Assembly: GCA_039588275.1 (NCBI GenBank)
Contig: JBDHAC010000053.1
Location: forward strand, 1 to 28,025
Source of the DNA: Gemmatimonadota bacterium
GTDB taxonomy: Bacteria; Gemmatimonadota; Gemmatimonadetes; Palauibacterales; Palauibacteraceae
Direction of reading: 5' to 3'
Length of the DNA: 28,025 bases
Part shown: piece by piece, positions 16,756 to 24,086 of the stretch
Layout of the letters: each line of letters opens with the position of its first letter
Position numbering within the stretch: the first letter of the stretch is position 1
Notes under the pieces: generated by a model
What the model was told of the DNA's origin: nothing
What the model saw: the letters and a program-made list of their open reading frames with translations, nothing else
The model's database searches: none
Position numbers and translations under genes: made by a program

Positions 16756-18261
16756 TCAACCGCACTCTCCCCGACCCGACAAACTCCGGAGGGTCCCGAG
16801 GTCATCATCCACGGCGTCCCGCGCCCGGCTCTCGGACCAGTTGAGGCTCCTCCAATCCCCTGGTCGTTCAGGGCCCCACAGCCGCAGGAGCCGGCTCGCA
16901 AGTACGCACTGTGCTTCATCCGGCAACTCGTTGAGACGGCCGACCAGTAGCGGTGCAGCGTCGCTCCCGAGCGAGCCGAGGTAGTCCGCGTCCACCCCAC
17001 CCAACTCCGCGATTCGGTCGACATTATGACGGGCGACCAGACCGGCAGGATTGACGAGCTGCAGTGCACCCACCAGGACGAACGCCGTGACCAGGCCGCC
17101 AAACGCGAAGCGGTCGCGACGGCCGCTGAACACAGTCGCCCCGAACCAGACCACGACTACCGTCAGCCACACGAGAACCGCGGTGGCCACGACACGCAGC
17201 TCCGTGAGGCCGTAGGCGGCTTGGTAGACCAACATGCGTTGGATCGCAGAGGCCACGATGGCCAGGAGGAGAAGGAGATGGGCGCCCGCGAATCCGAAGA
17301 ACACCGAACGCGCCTTCAGACCGCGGTCATCGAGCAGGGCGTGGGTGACGAGAAGCCAGGGGATGGCGAGCGCCACGGCGGCGACGAGTTGGAAGAAGCC
17401 GGCGCGAGCGTAGGCGGCGTATGTGAGACCCGGCGTAACCTCGACCCAGGCTCCCCCTCCGAACAGGTAGCGGAACTGGACGATCACGAATCCCAGGAAG
17501 AGGAGATCCACCAGGCCCAGGGCGGTGCCCACCTCGGCGATCCCGAGAGACGGGCGGGTCGGCTGGAGGCGATGAATCCCCTCCAGTCTCGTGCCCGACG
17601 AAACGCCGATCAGGTAGCCGCAGGCGAGCCAAGACAGAACGGCGATGACCACGAGGTGCGAGGCGAAGGCCTGCAAGTCGATCCGTACGAAGTCCTCGAC
17701 CATCGTGGCGAACACCTCGTCCGCTGATATGAAGAGCGCCCCGAAGACCATCAGCGGGACGAGCGCGAGGAGCGCGCCGCCGAGGGCGGTTCGCGCCACG
17801 GTGCGTGCCGTCCCTCGTGACGTGTCCGTACCGATCTCACCCCAGTTGTGGCGGTTGATCAGTCGAGCGCTTCCGAACGCCGAGTGCAGTCCCGCACCCG
17901 CCACGGCCTCCACGACGTCCAGGACTCCGGACCGCCTGGTCCAGGCGCGCCCCGCGTTGAGAGCCGGCAGCGCGAACGCTGTGCACGCCGCCAGGAAGGT
18001 TCCGAAACGAAGAAGGCCGGAGCCCCGCCACAGCAGGGCAGCACCACAGAGTAGCCCTACTCCGATCCATGACGACGCCTCTCGACTGAGGGGCAATTCA
18101 CCGCTCCGAGCTACGATCCAGACGGAGGCGGCGAGGCCCACGAACAACAGGAAGAAGTTGAGGCCGGGACCCGCGGACGCCCGGAGAAGCTCGTCTCCCG
18201 CAAACCCCATCCCGATGCCAGCCGCGAGGATGGCGGTCACAGGCAATGCTCGGTCGGTCAT
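16756..18261 (-). CDS. DUF4153/DUF4173-family polytopic membrane protein
   Basis: FGALFISADEVF, QFRYLFGG, TYAAYARAGFFQLV, RMLVYQAAYGLTELR, DADYLGSLGSDA, DWRSLNWS. Confidence 0.85.
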   Translation of the reverse strand: MTDRALPVTAILAAGIGMGFAGDELLRASAGPGLNFFLLFVGLAASVWIVARSGELPLSREASSWIGVGLLCGAALLWRGSGLLRFGTFLAACTAFALPALNAGRAWTRRSGVLDVVEAVAGAGLHSAFGSARLINRHNWGEIGTDTSRGTARTVARTALGGALLALVPLMVFGALFISADEVFATMVEDFVRIDLQAFASHLVVIAVLSWLACGYLIGVSSGTRLEGIHRLQPTRPSLGIAEVGTALGLVDLLFLGFVIVQFRYLFGGGAWVEVTPGLTYAAYARAGFFQLVAAVALAIPWLLVTHALLDDRGLKARSVFFGFAGAHLLLLLAIVASAIQRMLVYQAAYGLTELRVVATAVLVWLTVVVVWFGATVFSGRRDRFAFGGLVTAFVLVGALQLVNPAGLVARHNVDRIAELGGVDADYLGSLGSDAAPLLVGRLNELPDEAQCVLASRLLRLWGPERPGDWRSLNWSESRARDAVDDDLGTLRSLSGRGECG

Positions 18262-19091
18262 GTTGCGGCCCTCCGTTCGCAGAACGACGATTCAGCAGCT
18301 CGGCCGGGTACTCGAGAGAGTCCTCCATATCGCCGATCACGAGTGGCAAAGGCCTGAACGGCGGAAGCGAGATCGGCCTCGCTGAAGTCCGGCCACAGGA
18401 CGTCGGTGAAGAGGAGCTCAGCGTAGGCCGACTCCCAGAGCAGGAAGTCGCTCAATCGCCTTTCCCGGCCCGTGCGGATGAGCAAATCCACGTCGCGCGT
18501 ACCGCGCGGTGCGTGAATGGCCTCATACAGGGATCGCTCGAAGGCCTGGCGGGTCGGGGTTATCCCTCGGGCGAGGCGGCCAGCTGCCACCATCAGCGCA
18601 TGGCGCGCCGAATAGTCGATCGCGACCCGGAGATGGAGAGTGGTTCCTTCGCTCGTTCGCTCCTCGACGTGCGCGATCGTGCGTTCCAGAGAATTCGGAA
18701 TCCGGTCCCGACGCCCGATGACGCTCAGGCGCACACCATTCTCCTCAAGGCGGGCGCATTCCGATTCCAAGTGCTTCTCCAAGAGACGCATCAGGTGATC
18801 CACTTCGTCTAGCGGACGGCGCCAGTTGTCCGAGGAAAAGGCGTAGAGCGTGAGCGTGGTGATCCCCAGCTCCGGGGCGTGCTCCACCGTTCGTCGGACC
18901 GCCCTGGCTCCGGCGACATGGCCGGCCGCTCTGGGTCGCCCTCCTTCCTGCGCCCAGCGGCCGTTTCCATCCATGATGATCGCGACATGGAATTGGTCCC
19001 GGGCTTCACCCACTCGCTCGAAGCTCCCTGGGGAGGCTCGTTCCGGTCGCTCAGGCATCGGCCATCGCGACCTCAAAGTACTTCGTATCAT
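18258..19091 (-). CDS. uppS: Undecaprenyl diphosphate synthase (cis-isoprenyl transferase)
   Basis: HVAIIMDGNGRWA, YAFSSDNWRR, DLLIRTG.E.RLSDFLLWESAYAEL, RRYGG; alternative start at 19058. Confidence 0.93.
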   Translation of the reverse strand: MIRSTLRSRWPMPERPERASPGSFERVGEARDQFHVAIIMDGNGRWAQEGGRPRAAGHVAGARAVRRTVEHAPELGITTLTLYAFSSDNWRRPLDEVDHLMRLLEKHLESECARLEENGVRLSVIGRRDRIPNSLERTIAHVEERTSEGTTLHLRVAIDYSARHALMVAAGRLARGITPTRQAFERSLYEAIHAPRGTRDVDLLIRTGRERRLSDFLLWESAYAELLFTDVLWPDFSEADLASAVQAFATRDRRYGGLSRVPGRAAESSFCERRAAT

Positions 19092-19096
19092 AAAGT
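19080..19096. promoter_or_regulatory. Palindromic operator at the uppS start
   Basis: ACTTCGTATCATAAAGT matches ACTTTGCATCGCAAAGT at 20601; an adjacent half-site CAAAGT lies at 19074-19079. Confidence 0.6.
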
Positions 19097-19112
19097 CACT
19101 CCTGAAAAAAAA

Positions 19113-19544
19113 TCAGGCGTCGAGTAATTCGCGGTCCTCAGCCCTTCTGGCCAGCGCCAGCGAACCGACGGCGGAGCCTGTGCACAACAGTGTCACGATG
19201 CTGCCAACGACCAGGCCCCAGACGGGAAAGCCCGCAACGGTCCCCATCGTCGCGATGAATCCCCCCACGAGAAGGCCGCCCAGCGCCCCCCACGCAGCGA
19301 ACCGGGGCAGCGACATCTCATCAAACCTTCGACGACGGCCGGCGATCCCGAGCACGGCGGAGAACGTCACGCCGCCGAGGAAAGCGGGATACGCGAACAC
19401 CGGTATCCAGATATCCACGACGTCCGTATTGAGACCCAGGCTATCCACGATTATCACCATTAGGATACCGACGACGGTCCATCCGACTGCCCAGGTCAGG
19501 CCCATCCCGACCGCACCGCGGATGCGTCTCAGCCACTTCTTCAT
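19113..19544 (-). CDS. Hypothetical membrane protein, paralog of 16115-16633
   Basis: MKKWLRRIRGAVGMGLTWA...GRRRFDEMSLPRFAAWGALGGLL...GSLALARRAEDRELLDA. Confidence 0.82.
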   Translation of the reverse strand: MKKWLRRIRGAVGMGLTWAVGWTVVGILMVIIVDSLGLNTDVVDIWIPVFAYPAFLGGVTFSAVLGIAGRRRRFDEMSLPRFAAWGALGGLLVGGFIATMGTVAGFPVWGLVVGSIVTLLCTGSAVGSLALARRAEDRELLDA

Positions 19545-19568
19545 TACTGCCCCCCCAAGACCGGTCGC

Positions 19569-19955
19569 CTATTCTCGTACGCGCTCGATCAACGCCTCCA
19601 TGTGGTCCAGATATCGCTGGAGCGCCTGTCGTCCGGCCTCCGTGAGGCGATAGTCCGTCCGCGGAATGCGTCCCTGGAAAGACTTTCGTATCTCGACGTA
19701 GCCGGCTTCCTCCAGCCGCCTGGCATGAACACTGAGGTTCCCGTCCGAAGTGTCGAGACGCTGCTTGAGCTCGTTGAAGGTGAGAGATTCCTCCACCGCG
19801 AGTGCGCTTACGATCCCAAGGCGGACACGCACATGGATGATCGGGTCGAGTGCGACAGGACTGGTCTTCCCGGCTTGTACATCGATGCTCACGGTCGATC
19901 CCTTGACCGGGGCCGGGTTCGGGACCTCGGGGCGGGCCCGCGCACCCTCAGCCAC
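19569..19955 (-). CDS. Winged-helix transcriptional regulator (HTH_34/ArsR-MarR-like)
   Basis: LDPIIHVRVRLGIVSAL...LTFNELKQRLDTSDGNLSVHARRLEEAGYV...PRTDYRLTEAGR; GTG start overlaps the upstream stop. Confidence 0.9.
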   Translation of the reverse strand: MAEGARARPEVPNPAPVKGSTVSIDVQAGKTSPVALDPIIHVRVRLGIVSALAVEESLTFNELKQRLDTSDGNLSVHARRLEEAGYVEIRKSFQGRIPRTDYRLTEAGRQALQRYLDHMEALIERVRE

Positions 19956-20559
19956 CGTGCCTCCTCGCGATAATCGTCCCGAAGAGGATTTGCAGCCCCC
20001 CGAATCCCACCGCCATCGAGAGATCACCCGCGGCAGGCATCGCGAGAAGCGCAAACACTCCGAGGATCATGAAACAGATCCCCATCACGGGAACGGTCTT
20101 GACCGAAAAGGTGCCCCCCGTGACGACGGCGACGCCGTAGAGGAGCAGCCATGCCCCCGGAAGAAGTGAGTCAGCTCCGGCCCGCCAGAGCGCTATCGTG
20201 AGTATCGCTCCCGCGACAGCGGGAGGCAGGAAGCTCAGAAGGAACTTGCGACCCGCTCCGGAAAAGACGGGAAGATCTGCCCGACGCGCCTTCCGGTGGA
20301 TTGCCACGGTCCCGATCGCCACCGCGAGCAACGCCTCGAGGGACCAGACTAGAAGCCACCCCTCAGCCGTCGGCTGGCGTGAAGCGATCGCCGCAGCCGC
20401 CAGTGCGGTGAGTCCCATTCCGACGCCACCCCAGCCCGGAACCGCCGTGAAGGCGGCGCCCCCCTCCATCGTCCGACGGATGAAGCGCAAATCCTCCATG
20501 GCTCGGTCGCCCAGGGCGATAGGCTCCGAACTCTGATCGACTTGAGAGAGTCTTTGCAT
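19948..20559 (-). CDS. Conserved hypothetical membrane protein (~6 TM) preceding the regulator
   Basis: RAMEDLRFIRRTME...VPGWGG...WLLLYG...GFGGLQILFGTIIARRHGG. Start taken at MQRLSQ; the longer ORF call crosses the att site. Confidence 0.82.
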   Translation of the reverse strand: MQRLSQVDQSSEPIALGDRAMEDLRFIRRTMEGGAAFTAVPGWGGVGMGLTALAAAAIASRQPTAEGWLLVWSLEALLAVAIGTVAIHRKARRADLPVFSGAGRKFLLSFLPPAVAGAILTIALWRAGADSLLPGAWLLLYGVAVVTGGTFSVKTVPVMGICFMILGVFALLAMPAAGDLSMAVGFGGLQILFGTIIARRHGG

Positions 20560-20600
20560 GATAAAAACAAATATGGTCCGCGGCGTCAGGGTCGTCAAGT

Positions 20601-20617
20601 ACTTTGCATCGCAAAGT
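20601..20617. promoter_or_regulatory. Palindromic operator upstream of the minus-strand operon
   Basis: Perfect inverted repeat ACTTTG-CATCG-CAAAGT; degenerate copy TCTTTGCATGATAAAAA at 20551-20567 over the start codon. Confidence 0.7.
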
Positions 20618-20640
20618 TCATGCCCTCCTACCGCTCTGAA

Positions 20641-20687
20641 GAGGATTCCTAATCCCGAGGCCGCAGGTTCGAGTCCTGCCGGGTCAC
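20641..20687 (+). repeat. att-like site: 3' half of tRNA-Arg(CCT), copy 2
   Basis: Identical to 1637-1684 except for one missing G; no tRNA 5' half upstream. Confidence 0.85.
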
Positions 20688-20772
20688 TCCCTCCGCAGTT
20701 CCCTCTGCACCACGGTCCACGGGGGGAATCGGCTCTTGCGGTGGCACGACGGTTGTCGCACCCTGCTCGGCC

Positions 20773-21108
20773 ATGAGACCCGTCCGTGCTTCGTCGCTGT
20801 CGATCGCCTCGATCGCCCTTCTCGTGACGGTGTCGGCCACCGGGATCCCCGTGCCGGCCGAGACCGATCACGATGACTTGGGTGCGCACATCGAGGCCGG
20901 TCACGGCGGGCACGGGATCGGCCTCGTTCGGCAGGACCTGAAGATCGAGCGGCCGGCTCCGCTGGCGGCGCCCGCCGCAGCGGCGCCGGCGGTGCGCTTC
21001 CACCCAACACCTCCACGGAAGTACGCACCCCCTCGCAGGTCGCCGCACAGGCTGCGGAGCCGAGCTCCACCCCAACTCCGGCCACGCGCTCCTCCACTCT
21101 CCACCTGA
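20773..21108 (+). CDS. His-rich exported leader protein with C-terminal RAPP motifs (putative arrest peptide, CzcI/DUF2946-like role)
   Basis: N-terminal hydrophobic segment, DHDDLGAHIEAGHGGH, Pro/Ala linker, ends RSRAPPQLRPRAPPLST*. Confidence 0.7.
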   Translation: MRPVRASSLSIASIALLVTVSATGIPVPAETDHDDLGAHIEAGHGGHGIGLVRQDLKIERPAPLAAPAAAAPAVRFHPTPPRKYAPPRRSPHRLRSRAPPQLRPRAPPLST

Positions 21109-21237
21109 TCAGACTTGCCGCCAGCGGCGGCCGGGTCCGACGGACCCATCTGCCCTGAACCCAGACGAACAACAACGCGCGTAAAGCGCGCTCCCGTTCA
21201 GAATCGGCGTCTCGATCCTGTCGCCGCGACGCGGGAG

Positions 21238-22542
21238 ATGGAGGCGCGAGTGGATGTGACACACCGCTTCAAGGCCGGGGGCTCGATCATCGCCCTCTGC
21301 ATCATTTCATACGGTGCGTTCTCACCGGTGGCCGCTCAGGAGCCCACCCGGCGCTTGTCTCTTTCTGAGGCGGTGGCGCTTTTTCACGAGAACGGTCTCG
21401 GGCTGCGGCTCGCGCGGGCCGAGCTCGAGGAGCGGGTCGGTAACGCGAGAGAGGGCCGAGCGTACTTCAACCCCACGGTCTCCGTGTGGCACGAGGCCCT
21501 CGACGGCGCTCTCGGCGGAGGGCCGCGGGATTACGAAGAGACGCTGCTCAGCGTAGCCCAGACCGTGGAGTGGCCGGGTCGGACCGCCGCGCGCCTGCGA
21601 GGCTCCGCTCGGCGGATCGAGTCGGCCCGCGAGCGGTTCCATGCGGACAGCCTGAGCCTCGTTTTCGACGTGCAACGGGCCTTCCTGGAAGCCGCACTCG
21701 CCGAGGAGGAAGCGACGATCCTGGCTGAGGCGACCGGTCTTCTGCGCGCCGTGATCGCCGCGGCCGAGACCCGCTTCGAGGAAGGAGACCTTTCCGGTTA
21801 CGACCGGCAACGCCTGCAACTCGAGCTCGCGCGCTACGAGGGAGCGCTCGCCTCCGCGGAGTTGAACCGTCACGCGACCCGAAGAACGCTGACCCGGCAG
21901 CTCCAACCGGAGACGGTCCGCGAAGCGCTCGCTCCGGACTCGCTGCCGCGTGCCACGCCTCCTCCGGTTTCGGAGGTCGCGGCGCTGGCCGCGATCGGCA
22001 ATCGACCGGACGTCGCCGTGGCCGCGCTGGAGGTCGAAGCCGACGGGGCGGCCGCGCAGGCGGCTTCCCTACGCTGGATCCCCGACCTCACGCTGAGCGG
22101 TGGATACAAGGATCAGTCGGATGGTCTCTCGGGTCCCGTCGTCGGTGTCTCGCTCGACCTCCCATTGCTCGACCGGGGGCGAGGCAGGGCCCAGGCCACA
22201 GAGGCCCGACACGCCGCCTCCATGTCGCGCCTCGCGCTCACCCGCCGGGTCGCCGAGATCGATCTGACCACGCGTCACGCACGTTACGAGTCGGCGCTGC
22301 ATCGCTCCGACCGCGTCGGCACGGTCCTCCTGGGCGACGCGAGCCTCCTGCTGTCGGCCGCGAGGGTGAGCTACGCCGAGGGCGAGATGACGCTGCTGGA
22401 GCTGCTGGACGCCGTGAGCGCCGATCGCGACGCGCGGCTCATCGCGGCCCGGCTGCGGGCGGATACATGGGTGGCCTACTTCGATTTGATGCGTGCCATG
22501 GGCGGCGAGACGCCGCGACAGTCCGGGGGAGAGATCCAATGA
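21238..22542 (+). CDS. TolC/CzcC-family outer-membrane efflux protein
   Basis: Signal peptide, LSLSEAV, NPTVSV, PDLTLSGGY, SLDLPLLDRGRG, SYAEGEMTLLELLDA; start could be GTG 21250. Confidence 0.88.
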   Translation: MEARVDVTHRFKAGGSIIALCIISYGAFSPVAAQEPTRRLSLSEAVALFHENGLGLRLARAELEERVGNAREGRAYFNPTVSVWHEALDGALGGGPRDYEETLLSVAQTVEWPGRTAARLRGSARRIESARERFHADSLSLVFDVQRAFLEAALAEEEATILAEATGLLRAVIAAAETRFEEGDLSGYDRQRLQLELARYEGALASAELNRHATRRTLTRQLQPETVREALAPDSLPRATPPPVSEVAALAAIGNRPDVAVAALEVEADGAAAQAASLRWIPDLTLSGGYKDQSDGLSGPVVGVSLDLPLLDRGRGRAQATEARHAASMSRLALTRRVAEIDLTTRHARYESALHRSDRVGTVLLGDASLLLSAARVSYAEGEMTLLELLDAVSADRDARLIAARLRADTWVAYFDLMRAMGGETPRQSGGEIQ

Positions 22543-24077
22543 CCCAACAAATGAAGGGAGTCGCGCTCGAGCGGCCCCGGTGGAAACCACGAGTGCGTGG
22601 GTGCAGTGCAACCGTATGTCTCGTCCTGTGGGCGCTGCTCGGTTGTGGCTCCCCGACGACGGATGCGCCCGGCGACGAAGTGCAGGTGGGCGGAGGGGGC
22701 GTCGTGACCCTGTGGACCGATGCCCTCGAGCTGTTCATGGAGTACCCGCCCCAAATCGCGGGACAGCCCGGGGACGTGTGGGCCATCCACCTGAACTTCC
22801 TGGACACCTGGCAACCCGTACGGGAGGGGAGCCTCACCCTGCGCCTCGTGGACTCGAGTGGGCAGGAGTGGAGCTTCGACGAGCCGCAGCCGGCGCGCGC
22901 CGGGATCTTCACCCCCGTGCCCGTCGTGCCGGCCGCGGGGGAGTACGCGGTGAGCATGGAGCTCGTCCATCAGGGGCGGACATACCCCGTCGAAGTGGGT
23001 CGCATCCGGGTGTACGCGAGCGAGGCCGAGCTGCCAGAGCCTGAGGAAGAAGACGCGGGCGGGATCCCGTTCCTGAAGGAGCAGCAGTGGGAGATCGATT
23101 TCGCGGTCGCCCTGGCCGAGGTCCGCGAGGTTCAACGGGCGGCGCGCGTCTCGGGCGAGCTCATCGTGCCACCGAACCGGAAGGCGAGAATCGCGGCTCC
23201 CGTGTCCGGGCTCGCTCGCCTCGGTGGCGCGGGCTCGTGGCCCGCCATCGGAACGCGGGTGCGCGCCGGCCAAACGCTCGCGGTCCTCGCCCCGACGGAG
23301 ATGGATGGCTCCTTTGCCGCGCTCCGCGGACGGGTCGAGCGCCTGGCGCGGGAGGTGGCGCGCGCCGAGCGTCTCTACGCCGCCGAGGCCATCCCGGAAC
23401 GCAGGCTGGTGGAAGCGAGACACGACCTCGAGGTCGCGCGCTCCACGTTCGATGCGATCGGGGGCAGCGAGGGGGAGGCTTATTCCTACGGCGTACGGAG
23501 CCCCATCGCGGGTGTGTTGACCGAGCGGCGACTCTCGCCGGGCCAGCGGGCCGGGGCCGGGGATCTCCTGTTCACGGTCGTGGATCCACGGTCACTGTGG
23601 CTCGAGCTCCGTCTGCCCGCATCGCTCGCCGCGGCCGCGCAGGATGTCACGGGGGCGGCCTTCACGGTCGAGGGTGGTGCGGCGGTCCACCAGGCCACGC
23701 GGCTCGTTTCGGTGGGCGATGTGATCGACCCCACCTCACGCACGCTGCCGGTCATCCTCGCGGTCGAGAACCCGGACCGGGCGCTGAAGGTCGGGATGCT
23801 CGCGCAGGCCCGTCTGTGGCTCGGCGACCCGGCGTCCGGAACCGCAGTGCCGGCGGAGGCCGTCCAGGATGAAGACGGGCTCGACATCGTATACGTGGAG
23901 ATCGGAGGCGAGACGTTCGAGAGACGGGTGGTCCGGCTCGGTCCCACGGACGGTTTCTGGACGATCGTGGAGACCGGCGTGCTCCCCGGAGACCGGGTGG
24001 TCACTCGTGGCGCCTACCAGGTTCGGCTCGCCTCCCTCGGGGACACCGAGGATCTGGGCGCCGGGCACCAGCACTGA
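22539..24077 (+). CDS. RND periplasmic adaptor subunit (CzcB/CusB-like) with N-terminal extra domain
   Basis: Lipobox LLGC; IAAPVSG, VRSPIAG, IDPTSRT, LKVGM, VPAEAV, GDRVVTRGAY; C-terminal GHQH; ATGA overlap. Confidence 0.9.
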   Translation: MTQQMKGVALERPRWKPRVRGCSATVCLVLWALLGCGSPTTDAPGDEVQVGGGGVVTLWTDALELFMEYPPQIAGQPGDVWAIHLNFLDTWQPVREGSLTLRLVDSSGQEWSFDEPQPARAGIFTPVPVVPAAGEYAVSMELVHQGRTYPVEVGRIRVYASEAELPEPEEEDAGGIPFLKEQQWEIDFAVALAEVREVQRAARVSGELIVPPNRKARIAAPVSGLARLGGAGSWPAIGTRVRAGQTLAVLAPTEMDGSFAALRGRVERLAREVARAERLYAAEAIPERRLVEARHDLEVARSTFDAIGGSEGEAYSYGVRSPIAGVLTERRLSPGQRAGAGDLLFTVVDPRSLWLELRLPASLAAAAQDVTGAAFTVEGGAAVHQATRLVSVGDVIDPTSRTLPVILAVENPDRALKVGMLAQARLWLGDPASGTAVPAEAVQDEDGLDIVYVEIGGETFERRVVRLGPTDGFWTIVETGVLPGDRVVTRGAYQVRLASLGDTEDLGAGHQH

Positions 24078-24086
24078 GAGGCGACC

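Larger units (their letters stand above)
1637..20687. mobile_element. Putative ~19-kb degenerate genomic island bounded by tRNA-Arg(CCT) 3'-half direct repeats
   Basis: 47-48-bp direct repeats at both ends with an integrase remnant just inside the left repeat. Confidence 0.6.

Noticed and set aside
20560..21075. N-terminal extension of the 19948-21075 ORF
   Set aside because: It reads through the antisense tRNA fragment (PAGLEPAASGLGI) and the operator; the real start is probably 20559.
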